A stretch of 64,000 nucleotides of DNA from Paraburkholderia sp. (GCA_035948995.1 DASZIR010000069.1:997-64996); one strand, 5' to 3'; positions 1 through 10,530 are shown, counted from the stretch's first letter. Notes: generated by a model from the sequence alone, not told the origin. Numbers and translations: made by a program.

Positions 1-111
1 CGTAGGCGAAGTCAGGCCGGTACGTTCAACGAGCAGGTTGGCCGTGAGGAATGGATTCTGTTGAAGCAGGTCATGGACGCGCAGGGCCGCTCCGGCCCGC
101 TCGCTGTCCGT
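1..111 (-). pseudogene. Fic-family protein C-terminal HTH remnant (runs off window start)
   Basis: Manual minus-strand translation TDSERAGAALRVHDLLQQNPFLTANLLVERTGLTSPT resembles the C-terminal HTH of Fic proteins. Similarity is lost upstream, an in-frame stop follows, and there is no Fic catalytic motif. Confidence 0.5.
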
Positions 112-425
112 CTGCCGATATGCATCCTGGCGTAGCGCTACGCGCACAGCCGACCATCCATCGCAGCAGCCGCGGCGACACCGAATGGATAAGTCATATA
201 TCGCAGCGTCGCGTCACTGAAGTGCCCGACGAGTTTTCAGAGTAGTCGCGGCTTGTACCCACGCGGTGCGGCAAGCAACGTACGGTCAGGACGGTTTGCG
301 GGCGACTCGCGCTGGAACATTGCACAGCGTCATGATCCAGCGCGTGTGGGTCATTTTGCTCAATAGAAGAGACGGAACTCATAGCGCCTTGCGCGCGAAA
401 AGTCCGTCTCTCGCAGGCACTCCGA

Positions 426-839
426 TCACCCCGCCAGATCCGCCGGCAGCTTTCCGCCGTTTGCGGCCAACGCCTGCATCACCTGTTTGTGAAGCCAGAT
501 GTTCATGCTGGCTGAGTCGTTCGTGTCGCCGTCGTACTTGAGTTCCTGCGCGAGCTGCTTGCGATGTTCAAGGCTGCTGTCGACGCCCAGCGCCTTCAGC
601 GTATCGACGATCGATACGCGCCAGTTCAGCGTCTGTCCGCTTTCGCTCACGAACTGGTCCATGACCACTGCGACGTCTACGTCAGCCAGCGGTGCGGGAG
701 CAGGTGCAGCATCTGGCGCGGCAGCTTGCGCCGCCGCAGCGGCAACAGCGGGATCCGGCGTCGGCTCTACTGCGGGCGGCGGCTGATCCGGTTTTGCCTT
801 GCCAAAAAGCTTATTCACAATCTCGCCAAAAATGCTCAT
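426..839 (-). CDS. DUF3597 domain protein
   Basis: MSIFGEI..LFG N-terminus, Pro/Ala linker, then LNWRVSIVD..KALGVDSSLEHRKQLAQELKY..SASMNIWLHK; AGGAG RBS upstream. Confidence 0.9.
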   Translation of the reverse strand: MSIFGEIVNKLFGKAKPDQPPPAVEPTPDPAVAAAAAQAAAPDAAPAPAPLADVDVAVVMDQFVSESGQTLNWRVSIVDTLKALGVDSSLEHRKQLAQELKYDGDTNDSASMNIWLHKQVMQALAANGGKLPADLAG

Positions 840-1556
840 CTTAATTCTCCTAACGAGTTAACCATTGACGGAAACAACCACCGCTCCCAGCACACATGCT
901 TTCACATGTTAGGCATTTGTACAGAGAAATCGCTACCAATTTGTGTCGACGGTCGAACACGATGCAATCCGCAGCCGTACGCGTCAAGCGGTAAAGGCTC
1001 TTTCCCGCCCATCGCTTGCGATTCAGCGCTCATGCACAGGTTCACGACTGCGGCTCGCGCTATTACGCTCCCAGGCTTGTCCAGACAATCGGGTACGGCC
1101 CCGCGAGGCGCGGTGACCGCGCCCGCCAAGGTCCCGGTTCTGCATCCGAGAAGGCCAAGTTGACCGATTGGGCGAGATTAACGTTTTCCAAGGCATCTCC
1201 ATCGTTGCCATCGTCACTCTCATCATCAGTTTGACGAAGCATCTGCCGGCTTCGCAACGCCTGATGCTCTGCCGCCGCAGGTGTGACGACTGGAACTCAT
1301 AGATCGGCTCGCACATTGCCGACGTTGACTATCAGCTCGGCGTCGCCGACGTGAAAGGCGTGAGTGCGCGGATCGATTCGACCATTGACGACTTCCGGAA
1401 AGGGAAGATCAGGTCGGCTGTGCTGACGTTGTGCTCCGCTGAGACCGAATCGACGACGCTCGTATTCCGGCAGTGGTCGCGCGAGCAGGTCGCTGGACTT
1501 TTGCAGCAGGTGGCGGTGGCAACCCAAGGTGTGAATTGCGATTTTCTGGCCAGATC

Positions 1557-2108
1557 ATGATCGACCTGACCTGCACGAACGGGGACCACCCGCATGCGTT
1601 GCCATTCGGCGCACCCGACGGCGACCTGCTCAACGAAAACGAAAACCTCGCGGGCCCGGTTACGATGTTGCGTCGCGCGTCACCAAGCGTCGCATGGCCG
1701 CGAGGCCAACGGGCGCTCTGGCGCCTCATCGCCGGCATGACACCGCACGCCCAGATGCTCGAGCCCTCCGGCGTCGCTGCCGTGAAGGACCTGCTCCGGC
1801 TGCATGTCGCGGGCGTCCCGCGGGCAATGCCGCAGATCGAAGCGATCGTCGGCCTGAACCACCGGCCCGTGATGCAGTGGATGGCGGTTCAGCCGATGTC
1901 GACCTTTGTGCGCGGCATCGAGATCCATCTGACGGTCGACGAATCCGCGTTTTCCGCCTTCAGTCTGCGCATATTCAGCGAGGTGATGGATCGCCTGTTC
2001 GCGCCCCACACCTCAATGAACGGATTTGTCCAGCTGGTTGTCCGTGCAATGGAATCGGGCCGCGAATTGCGCCGCTGCCCGCCGCGATTGGGGACCACGC
2101 AGCTGCTC
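1557..2108 (+). pseudogene. tssF: Type VI secretion baseplate TssF/VasA C-terminal fragment
   Basis: IDLTCTN..LPFGAPDGDL..ALWRLI..FVRGIEIHLTVDE..F..VMDRLF..NGFVQLVV..GREL.RCPPR.G matches the TssF C-terminus. The N-terminal two-thirds are absent, the stop is lost (frame runs to 2240), and no other T6SS genes are nearby. Confidence 0.8.
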
Positions 2109-2124
2109 GGACAGGCAGTCCCGT

Positions 2125-3492
2125 TCATCCGCCTAACGGCCCACTGGCGCTTCGCGTCAGCGCGGCCGCCACTGACGTGCCCACCGCCCCTGCACCACCC
2201 TGCGCCACGCGCGCCGCCCGCACGCTCGCCAGCAGCTTGAAGGTCGACACCGAACCCGCCACCGCAAGCAGAACGGGAACAAGAAAGTCGTGACTCACGC
2301 GGGTGAATTCGAGTATCAGCACGACCGCGGTCAGCGGCATCTGCATCGAGGCAGCCAGAAAAGCGGCCGCTCCCACGATCGCAAAGGCCCCCGGTGACGT
2401 GCCCGGCCAGATGAGGTTCCACACGCCACCGAGCACGATGGCAAGCAGCGCGCCGTTCGCGAGCCCCGGCGTCAGCAGGCCGCCTTCGGCCCCGGCGCGC
2501 AGGCTGCTTGCGGTGATCGCAACCTTGAGCACCAGCAGCGTTGCCGCGAGTCCGATCGTCAGTTCGCTATTGAACGAAAGTCCCGCCGGCCCCTTGCCAT
2601 TGCCCAGCAACTGCGGAAAGTACATGGCCAGCACGCCGATGATGGCGAAGTTGAGCAGCGCAACAACCGGCAGACGCCTATCCTTCGGTGCGTCGGCACG
2701 GGCCCGCGTCGTCAGTTGGGTGAAACCCCATGCCGCCCCCCCGAACAGCGGCCCACACAACACCGACCACACGACAAGCGGCATGCTCAGCGTCAGTTGC
2801 TGCACCAGATACTGATGTTCGTCGCCGAGACCAGTCCAGGCGACCACGGCCGCGATCGCCGAGGTGGCGACGGCCGGCACCACCGCCGCCCAGCCAAACG
2901 TACCGAGCAGAACTTCGAGTACGAACACCGCACCACCGAGCGGCACGTTGTACACCGCGGCGAGGCCCGCGCCGGCACCGCATGCAACCATGATCCGGCT
3001 CTCGGTCACCGACAGACCCGCGCGATGCGCCAGCCAGCCGGCCCATACCGCGCCTATCTCACGCGGCGCGACCTCGCGCCCCAACGGCGAGCCCAGCGCA
3101 ACGGTCACGATCTGCAGCAACGCATGGACGACCGTGCTCGCGACCGGCATGCGTGGATCGTCCGACTTCACCGCCTTCCTGATGCTCACGAGCGGACGCC
3201 CAGACCGGTACAACGCCCACCATCCGAGTCCGGCGACGAGTCCGCACACGAGCAGTACCAGCAGGCGCCGCCCGGGCGTGGCGGCAGTCACGCCATCGAG
3301 GAAGCTCTCGCTACTCACGACGTGCGCCACGCTATAGCGGAACGCGAGGTGCTGGATCCCGTGGAGCAACAACGCCAGCAGCATGCCGCCGAAACCCGCG
3401 CCGACGCCGGTAAGGAACGTGACGGTGGCGAGCGTGGCGAACGGGCTTCGGTCGCGAGGTGCGGGCTGACGGGGCATCGATCTGGCGGACAT
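2125..3492 (-). CDS. CLC-family (voltage-gated chloride channel) transporter, atypical motifs
   Basis: Multi-TM protein with GSPLGREVAP, ACGAGAGLAAVYNVPLGG.VF.LE and GGLLTP. Confidence 0.9.
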   Translation of the reverse strand: MSARSMPRQPAPRDRSPFATLATVTFLTGVGAGFGGMLLALLLHGIQHLAFRYSVAHVVSSESFLDGVTAATPGRRLLVLLVCGLVAGLGWWALYRSGRPLVSIRKAVKSDDPRMPVASTVVHALLQIVTVALGSPLGREVAPREIGAVWAGWLAHRAGLSVTESRIMVACGAGAGLAAVYNVPLGGAVFVLEVLLGTFGWAAVVPAVATSAIAAVVAWTGLGDEHQYLVQQLTLSMPLVVWSVLCGPLFGGAAWGFTQLTTRARADAPKDRRLPVVALLNFAIIGVLAMYFPQLLGNGKGPAGLSFNSELTIGLAATLLVLKVAITASSLRAGAEGGLLTPGLANGALLAIVLGGVWNLIWPGTSPGAFAIVGAAAFLAASMQMPLTAVVLILEFTRVSHDFLVPVLLAVAGSVSTFKLLASVRAARVAQGGAGAVGTSVAAALTRSASGPLGG

Positions 3493-3940
3493 GGCGGGCG
3501 GGATAGAAAGACCAATCTCGGAATTGCCGTCATCCTATGCCGCACAGCAACATGAGGCAAATTGATTTTTCTACTTCACTGATGATGGATGCGCATATAT
3601 CGAACGGTATTCGCCCGTATCAAACGCGTATCGCACGCCGACGCAAGAGCGGCTGCAAGGCTAACCGCAAAACCTGCCTCACAACCCAGCAAAATAATTA
3701 CATTTTCAAAACAAATAAATTACACCACAACACTCCGTCATATATCACCAACAATCCAGACCCGCGATACCGCCCAGAGGCCGCCCGCGCTTAGGGACAA
3801 TTACTGAGAAAGCGCATTTCAAGCATGCAGACGCTTAACGGTCGGCGTACACTCTCGAAGCCCGCTCCACGGGGCGTGCGGGTCGCTCAGGGGCCCGCCG
3901 TAAGGCACGGGTTGTTCGGAGACACTGGAGAAAAAAGCAC

Positions 3941-5161
3941 ATGAAATGGACTCGGGAACAGAGAAACGTCACCATCGCGGCCTATCTCGGATGGACACTC
4001 GACGCATTCGATTTCTTTCTAATGGTCTTTGTATTGAAAGATATCGCGGCCGAATTCAATACCAAGATTCCGTCCGTCGCGGTCGCGATTACCTTGACCC
4101 TCGCCATGCGCCCAATCGGGGCGCTGATTTTCGGGCGCCTCGCCGACAAGTTCGGCCGCCGTCCGACCCTGATGGTCAACATCGCCTGCTATTCCCTGCT
4201 TGAACTGCTCTCGGGCTTCTCGCCGAATCTGGCCACACTGCTGGTCTTGCGCGCCCTCTTCGGCATCGCGATGGGCGGCGAATGGGGTGTCGGCTCCGCG
4301 CTAACGATGGAAACCGTGCCCACGCACGCGCGCGGTTTCGTGTCCGGGCTTCTGCAGGCCGGTTATCCGAGCGGGTATCTGCTCGCATCAGTCGTATTCG
4401 GCGTGCTGTACCAGTACATTGGCTGGCGCGGGATGTTCTTCATCGGTGTCCTGCCGGCGCTGCTGGTCCTGTATGTGCGCGCGAAAGTGCCGGAATCGCC
4501 CGCATGGAAAGCGATGGAGAAACGGCCCCGGCCCGGCCTGCTTGCCACCCTCAAACAGAACTGGGTGCTCTCGGTCTACGCCATCATCCTGATGACTGCG
4601 TTCAACTTCTTCTCGCACGGCACGCAGGATCTGTATCCGACCTTCCTGCGCGAGCAACATCACTTCGACCCGCATACCGTGTCGCTGATCACGATCACGC
4701 TGAATATCGGCGCGATCGTCGGAGGCCTGTTCTTTGGTTCGATGTCCGAGAAAATCGGCCGCAAGCGCGCCATCTTCATCGCGGCGCTGATCGCGCTGCC
4801 GGTGCTGCCATTGTGGGCATTCTCCAGCGGAGCGGTGATGCTCGCGCTCGGCGCGTTCCTGATGCAGATCTCCGTACAGGGCGCCTGGGGCGTGATCCCG
4901 GTGCACCTGAACGAAATCTCGCCGGACGAAATCCGCGCGACCTTCCCTGGACTTGTGTATCAGCTCGGCAACCTGCTGGCATCGGTCAACGCGACCATGC
5001 AGGCGTCGTTCGCGGTGGCCAATGGCAACAACTATGCGCTGGCGATGGCGGTGGTCGCCGGTACGGTGGCTGTTGTGATTGCGGTACTGATTTTGTTTAG
5101 TCGTGAACGTCGCGGCATAGATATGACACAATCCGCAGAACAGGTTGCGGCGTTACACTAG
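3941..5161 (+). CDS. MFS transporter, sialate/lactate:H+ symporter (SHS/JEN-like) family
   Basis: GWTLDAFDFF, G.LADKFGRR, GIAMGGEWG and NFFSHGTQDLYPTFL motifs; GGAG RBS. Confidence 0.9.
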   Translation: MKWTREQRNVTIAAYLGWTLDAFDFFLMVFVLKDIAAEFNTKIPSVAVAITLTLAMRPIGALIFGRLADKFGRRPTLMVNIACYSLLELLSGFSPNLATLLVLRALFGIAMGGEWGVGSALTMETVPTHARGFVSGLLQAGYPSGYLLASVVFGVLYQYIGWRGMFFIGVLPALLVLYVRAKVPESPAWKAMEKRPRPGLLATLKQNWVLSVYAIILMTAFNFFSHGTQDLYPTFLREQHHFDPHTVSLITITLNIGAIVGGLFFGSMSEKIGRKRAIFIAALIALPVLPLWAFSSGAVMLALGAFLMQISVQGAWGVIPVHLNEISPDEIRATFPGLVYQLGNLLASVNATMQASFAVANGNNYALAMAVVAGTVAVVIAVLILFSRERRGIDMTQSAEQVAALH

Positions 5162-5228
5162 CCGCATGAGCAGCATCAGCAGCACTTAAAACAGGCGGCC
5201 TGAGGCCGCCACGCCAAGCCGTACGACG

Positions 5229-5261
5229 AGGCCGTTCCGATTCAGATCGGAACGGCCTTTT
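5229..5261 (+). terminator. Intrinsic terminator after MFS gene
   Basis: 13-bp stem AGGCCGTTCCGAT-tcag-ATCGGAACGGCCT followed by TTT. Confidence 0.8.
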
Positions 5262-5365
5262 CTATTCGCGCGCGGATTGCGTTTGATGCACCGCAGCGGT
5301 GCTTTTTTAGAGGAGTCTATCCACATCCAGCCCTTGCACCCTGAACCCTATCCTTCTTATCCTGA

Positions 5366-5409
5366 AAAAAACGCCCGTTTCAAATACGCATTTGAATCGC
5401 TTGTTTGCG
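5366..5409. promoter_or_regulatory. Three overlapping PsrA-type operator boxes
   Basis: TTCAAATACGCATTTGAA (5379-5396) flanked by AAAAAACGCCCGTTTCAA (5366-5383) and TTGAATCGCTTGTTTGCG (5392-5409); resembles the PsrA CAAAC-N-GTTTG palindrome. Confidence 0.7.
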
Positions 5410-5438
5410 GCCGGGTGACCGGCATCGGGAGACGCGAC

Positions 5439-6302
5439 ATGGCAGTTCGCGCGACAGGCCGGCATACCGGCGATACGAAGTCCCGCATCCTCGACGCCGC
5501 TGAAACGCTTTTCATCGAGTGCGGCTATGAGGCGATGTCGCTGCGCCAGATCACCTCGCGTGCCGAGGTCAATCTCGCAGCGGTCAACTATCACTTTGGC
5601 AGCAAGGAAGCGCTGATTCACGCGATGCTCTCGCGCCGCCTCGACCACCTGAACCAGGAACGGATCAAGCTGCTCGAGCGCTTTGACGCCATGCTCGGTG
5701 CACGTCTGACGTGCGAACACGTACTCGGCGCGATGTTTATTCCCGCGCTGCGTCTGTCGCGCGATCCACGGGTGGGCGGTAAAGCGTTCCTGCGTTTGCT
5801 CGGGCGCGCCTACACGGATCCATCCTCGTTCATCCGCGACTTTCTGAACGGGCATTACGCGACCGTGGCCGAACGCTTCTTCGAGGCCTTCCAGCGTGCG
5901 CTGCCGCATCTGCCGCGCGACGAACTCGGCTGGCGCCTGCACTTCGCAATTGGCGCGCTCTCCGGCGTGCTGGCGGGCACGGACACCGACAGCCTGATCT
6001 CGGAGTTCTCGCAGGGCAAAACGATGAACGATCTGCAACTGATCGCGCGGCTCGCTTCGCTGATGGTGGCCGCCCTCAAGGCGCCGCTGCCCGATGCGAC
6101 CCAACTGGCCGCGTTCGCGGCCGTGCTGGGCGACGCCGCCGACGGTACGGCGGATAGCGCCGCAGACGGTCCGGACAGCGCCAATGAGAGCCTGTGCGCC
6201 ACGCGGGCCGCCGCCGAGCCGGGCTTGCCGGTGCACGAAGCCGAGCACCTGGGCAGCCTCGCGGGCGGCCCCTTGCGGCACGTCGCCCACCGCGCGCCCT
6301 GA
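5439..6302 (+). CDS. TetR-family regulator, PsrA-like
   Basis: TKSRILDAAE.LF..G...SLRQIT..AEVNLAAVNYHFGSKEAL and FLRLLGRAYT..W.LHF; ATG at 5439 after GGGAG; heads a fatty-acid operon. Confidence 0.9.
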   Translation: MAVRATGRHTGDTKSRILDAAETLFIECGYEAMSLRQITSRAEVNLAAVNYHFGSKEALIHAMLSRRLDHLNQERIKLLERFDAMLGARLTCEHVLGAMFIPALRLSRDPRVGGKAFLRLLGRAYTDPSSFIRDFLNGHYATVAERFFEAFQRALPHLPRDELGWRLHFAIGALSGVLAGTDTDSLISEFSQGKTMNDLQLIARLASLMVAALKAPLPDATQLAAFAAVLGDAADGTADSAADGPDSANESLCATRAAAEPGLPVHEAEHLGSLAGGPLRHVAHRAP

Positions 6303-6501
6303 GTTCAGGCTGGACCGGGGCGGTAGAGCACCCATCGCCCCGGTGCCGCGGTGCACCTCGCACCGCATCTGCTGTCAAACCGGCAGACGCGCGCTCTACA
6401 CGCGACAAGCGCGACACACGCGCAATAAGCCGGAAATGAACGCGAGCCTTCCGCATCGTGCGGATGCGTGCGCGCGCACCATCAAAACAGGAGGAAACGA
6501 T

Positions 6502-9000
6502 ATGTCGGGGTTCTTCGTTGTGCTGGTCATCGCCGCTGCGGCGCTCGTCTACATTCAGGCCCGCGCCTCGTGGTGGCTCGCCTTCATGATCGTCTGGACC
6601 GCCGCCGCGCATCTGAGCGGCGCAGCGGGCCCGCTCGCCACGGCAATCCTCGCGCTCCTGTTCGTGCTGCCGGCCGCCGTGCTCACGCTCAAACCGCTGC
6701 GCCGTGCGTGGCTATCCCGGCGCGTGCTCGATATGTTCCGCAAGATCCTGCCCGAGATGTCGCCCACCGAGCGCGACGCCATCGAGGCAGGCACGGTCTG
6801 GTGGGACGCGTCGCTGTTCTCCGGACGCCCTCACTGGGACACCCTGCTTGGCCACGGCCCCGTCAAGCTCACCGCCGAGGAACAGTCCTTTCTCGATGTC
6901 GAATGCCAGCACCTGTGCGACCTCGCGAACGACTGGGAAACTACTGCCGTCTGGCAGGACCTGTCGCCGCAAACGTGGCAGTACATCAAGGAGCGCGGAT
7001 TTCTCGGCATGATCATTCCGAAGCAGTACGGCGGCAAGCAGTTCTCGGCGTATGCACATTCGCAGGTCATCATGAAACTGGCGACGCGCTGCTCGGCGGC
7101 GGCCGTTTCGGTGATGGTGCCGAACTCGCTCGGGCCCGCTGAACTGCTGATGCACTACGGCACCGAGGAACAGAAGAACTACTATCTGCCGCGTCTCGCA
7201 CGTGGCGCCGAAATCCCCTGCTTCGCGTTGACGAGTCCCTACGCCGGCTCGGATGCCGCGGCGATTCCCGATATCGGCATCGTCTGCAAGGGCACCTTCG
7301 AAGGCCGCGAGACGCTCGGCTTTCGCGTGACGTGGGACAAGCGCTACATCACGCTCGGGCCGATCGCGACCGTGCTCGGCCTCGCGTTCCGCGCGCTCGA
7401 TCCGGATCATCTGCTTGGCGCCGCAGACGAACCCGGCATTACCTGCGCGCTGATTCCGACCTCGCACCCCGGCGTGAACATCGGGCGCCGCCATTGGCCG
7501 CTCAACGCGGTGTTCCAGAACGGCCCGAATTCCGGCAAGGACGTGTTCGTTCCGCTCGACTGGGTCATCGGTGGACGCGCGCAAGTCGGCAACGGCTGGC
7601 GCATGCTGATGGAGTGTCTCGCCGCAGGCCGGGCGATTTCGCTGCCGTCGTCGAACGTCGGCATGGCGAAGATCGCCGTGCGCGGCACCGGCGCGTATGC
7701 CGCGGTACGCCGCCAGTTCCGGACTCCAGTCGGCAAGTTCGAGGGCGTGCAGGAGGCGCTTGGCCGCATGGGCGGCAATCTGTACGTGATGGATGCCGCA
7801 CGGCGCCTCTCGGCGCATGCCGTGGACCTCGGCGAAAAACCCTCGGTGATCTCGGCGATCGCAAAGTACCACATTACCGAGCGCGCCCGTCAGGTCATCA
7901 ATGACGGCATGGACGTGGCCGCCGGCAAGGGCATCTGCATGGGGCCGTCGAATTTCCTCGCGCGCGCCTACCAGCAGGTGCCGATCGCGATCACGGTCGA
8001 AGGCGCGAACATCCTGACGCGCTGCCTGATCATCTTCGGCCAGGGCGCGATCCGTTGCCATCCGTTTGTGCTGAAGGAAATGGCCGCGACACGCGAAGCC
8101 GATCGCGGTAAAGCCCTGCGCGATTTCGACGAGGCCTTCTTCGGGCACGTCAGCTTTACCTTGTCGAACGTGATGCGCAGTTTCGTCTACGGCGTCACGG
8201 GCGGCGCGTTCATCAACAAGCCGCAGCGCGCCTATGCCCCGCTCGTCCCATACTACCGCGCGGCCACGCGGATCTCGACCGTGTTCGCGCTGCTCGCGGA
8301 CGTCTCGATGTTCGTGCTGGGCGCCGATCTGAAGCGGCGTGAGCGGATCTCCGGGCGGCTCGGCGATGTGCTGTCGCAGCTCTATCTGATCTCCGCGACG
8401 CTCAAGCGCTTCGAAGACGAAGGTCGCGAGGAAAGCGATCTGCCGCTCGTGCGCTGGGGTGTCGAGGATGCGTTGCACCAGGCGCAGGAAGCCATCGACG
8501 GCGTGCTCGCCAACTATCCGAACCGCCTCGCCGCGGGCCTCGTGCGGGCACTGGCGTTTCCGTTCGGCTTGCCGCATCGCGCGCCATCAGACAGCCTCGG
8601 CGCCGCGATCGCCGAGCTGATGCAAACGCCGGGCGCCGCGCGCGACCGGCTGGTGTCCGACTCGTACGTGCCGCATCCGGACGTCGATGCGCTCGGTTAC
8701 GGCGAACTGCTGTTCGCGCTGAATCCGCACGTCACCGCCATCGACCAGAAGCTGCGCGACGCGGTCAAACAAGGCCTGCTCTCGCCGATGCCGCAAAGCC
8801 TCGCGCATCTGGCCGAATGGACCGCCGCCGCGCAACAGCACGGACTGATCGACGCGGACGAGCGCCAGGTCCTCGACGACTATGCGCGCTATGGCGCCGA
8901 GGTGGTAAAGGTCGACGACTTCGCGCCGGACTTCGGCATGCTCGAGGGCCTGCAGCAGCGCAAGGAGGCGCTGGAGAAGGCGATGCAGCTTGCAGCCTGA
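6502..9000 (+). CDS. fadE: Long-chain acyl-CoA dehydrogenase FadE
   Basis: N-terminal TM segments, MVPNSLGPAELL, CFALTSPYAGSDA, KRYITL, ITVEGANILTR and a C-terminal DUF1974-like region; AGGAGG RBS. Confidence 0.95.
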   Translation: MSGFFVVLVIAAAALVYIQARASWWLAFMIVWTAAAHLSGAAGPLATAILALLFVLPAAVLTLKPLRRAWLSRRVLDMFRKILPEMSPTERDAIEAGTVWWDASLFSGRPHWDTLLGHGPVKLTAEEQSFLDVECQHLCDLANDWETTAVWQDLSPQTWQYIKERGFLGMIIPKQYGGKQFSAYAHSQVIMKLATRCSAAAVSVMVPNSLGPAELLMHYGTEEQKNYYLPRLARGAEIPCFALTSPYAGSDAAAIPDIGIVCKGTFEGRETLGFRVTWDKRYITLGPIATVLGLAFRALDPDHLLGAADEPGITCALIPTSHPGVNIGRRHWPLNAVFQNGPNSGKDVFVPLDWVIGGRAQVGNGWRMLMECLAAGRAISLPSSNVGMAKIAVRGTGAYAAVRRQFRTPVGKFEGVQEALGRMGGNLYVMDAARRLSAHAVDLGEKPSVISAIAKYHITERARQVINDGMDVAAGKGICMGPSNFLARAYQQVPIAITVEGANILTRCLIIFGQGAIRCHPFVLKEMAATREADRGKALRDFDEAFFGHVSFTLSNVMRSFVYGVTGGAFINKPQRAYAPLVPYYRAATRISTVFALLADVSMFVLGADLKRRERISGRLGDVLSQLYLISATLKRFEDEGREESDLPLVRWGVEDALHQAQEAIDGVLANYPNRLAAGLVRALAFPFGLPHRAPSDSLGAAIAELMQTPGAARDRLVSDSYVPHPDVDALGYGELLFALNPHVTAIDQKLRDAVKQGLLSPMPQSLAHLAEWTAAAQQHGLIDADERQVLDDYARYGAEVVKVDDFAPDFGMLEGLQQRKEALEKAMQLAA

Positions 9001-9022
9001 GTGCCGCGCCGTGCACACTGAG

Positions 9023-9066
9023 GCAAACTCGTGACGCAAACTCATGACGCAAAGTCGTAACGCAAT
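9023..9066 (+). repeat. 13-bp imperfect tandem repeat, three copies
   Basis: gcaaactcgtgac gcaaactcatgac gcaaagtcgtaac gcaa. Confidence 0.8.
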
Positions 9067-9093
9067 CCCGACCGGCCAGCGGAGCAACGGAAC

Positions 9094-10530
9094 ATGAACG
9101 ACACCTACCTGAACTTCGTGAACTCGCCGTTCGGCGCACGCGTTGTGCGCTCCCTCGGCCTGCCGAAGCCCGAGGTACTACGCCGCTATCGCGCGGACCA
9201 GCCTGAGTTCGACGGGCTTGTCGCCGTCGGCGCGGGACGCGAGCCGCAGTTGCTCGAAGCGCTCGCCGGTGTCATCGCACGCAGCGGCTTCACCAGCGTC
9301 GCACATGAAAGCGCGGGCCTGTGGGTGCCGCTTGCCAACCACCATGGCTTGATGACGGGCCGCTTCGAGCCCGCCGAGGCGGGGCCGCATGGGCGCGTCG
9401 CCGCCCTGATCTTCGATGCGAGCGGCATTGAAGACAGCACCCAACTCGATACGCCCTTTGCGTTCTTTCACGACACGCTGCGCTCGCTTGGCCAATGCGG
9501 CCGCGTCGTCGTGCTGGGACGGCCGCCCGAAGCCTGCGCGAGTCCGCGTCAATGGACCGCGCAGCGCGCGCTCGAAGGCCTCACGCGTTCGCTCGGCAAG
9601 GAAGCCCGGCGCGGCATCACGGCCAATCTGGTGTATGTAGCGCAAGGCGCCGAGCACGACGCCGAGGCGACGCTGCGCTTCTTTCTGTCGCCGCGCTCGG
9701 CCTATGTGTCGGGCCAGGTGGTGCGCATCGCCGCCGGTGCAGGCGGTGCAGGCGGTGCAGGTGCGGATGCCAGTGAAGCGCCGCCATTCGACTGGGCCCA
9801 GCCGCTCGCGGGCAAGCGCGCCGTCGTGACCGGTGCGGCGCGCGGCATCGGCGCGGCGATCGCCGGTGCGCTTGCCGCCGAGGGCGCGCACGTGACCGGC
9901 ATCGATATCCCGTCCGCCCGCGAGGCGTTGGAGGCGACGATCCGCCAACTGTCCGGCACGGCCCTCGCCTTCGACATCGCCGCTCCCGAAGCGCCCGCGC
10001 AGATCGCCGCGGCGCTCGATGAACTGGGTGCCGACATCGTGGTGCACAACGCCGGCATCACGAAGGACAAGACCATCGCCAGGATGAGCGAGGCGGCATG
10101 GCACAGCGTGATCGACATCAACCTGTCCGCGCAGGAGCGCATCGACGATGCGCTGCTCGCCGCCGGAACCCTGCGCGACGGCGGCCACATCGTCTGCGTT
10201 TCGTCGATCAGCGGCATTGCCGGCAACATGGGCCAGACCAACTATGCTGCCTCGAAAGCGGGGGTAATCGGCCGCGTGCAAGGCATGGCGCCGCAACTGC
10301 GCGAACGGCGCATCACGATCAACGCGGTCGCACCAGGCTTCATCGAAACGCAGATGACCGCGAAAATTCCGCTGGCGATCCGCGAAGCCGGCCGCCGCAT
10401 GAATTCGATGAGCCAGGGCGGCCAGCCGGTTGATGTCGCCCAGACCATCGCGTGGCTTGCGCATCCTGGCTGCGCCGGCGTCACGGGCCAGGTGGTGCGG
10501 GTGTGCGGTCAAAGCCTGCTCGGAGCATGA
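9094..10530 (+). CDS. fabG: High-molecular-weight 3-oxoacyl reductase (FabG4-like SDR)
   Basis: Extra N-terminal domain (FFLSPRSAYVSGQ), then TGAARGIG, HNAGITKD, YAASK and a VCGQSLLGA C-terminus. Confidence 0.9.
   Translation: MNDTYLNFVNSPFGARVVRSLGLPKPEVLRRYRADQPEFDGLVAVGAGREPQLLEALAGVIARSGFTSVAHESAGLWVPLANHHGLMTGRFEPAEAGPHGRVAALIFDASGIEDSTQLDTPFAFFHDTLRSLGQCGRVVVLGRPPEACASPRQWTAQRALEGLTRSLGKEARRGITANLVYVAQGAEHDAEATLRFFLSPRSAYVSGQVVRIAAGAGGAGGAGADASEAPPFDWAQPLAGKRAVVTGAARGIGAAIAGALAAEGAHVTGIDIPSAREALEATIRQLSGTALAFDIAAPEAPAQIAAALDELGADIVVHNAGITKDKTIARMSEAAWHSVIDINLSAQERIDDALLAAGTLRDGGHIVCVSSISGIAGNMGQTNYAASKAGVIGRVQGMAPQLRERRITINAVAPGFIETQMTAKIPLAIREAGRRMNSMSQGGQPVDVAQTIAWLAHPGCAGVTGQVVRVCGQSLLGA

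Noticed and set aside
3560-3800. AT-rich patch with short ORFs 3537-3794 and 3589-3807
   Set aside because: No RBS or motifs; best explained as the divergent promoter region between the CLC and MFS genes.
6094-6501. N-terminal extensions in the ORF track (fadE here; also lpdA, sucB, typA, TetR and anti-sigma)
   Set aside because: Downstream starts have clear RBSs and match the family N-termini.
9023-9066. Possible CRISPR-like repeat
   Set aside because: 13-bp units with no spacers and no cas genes.
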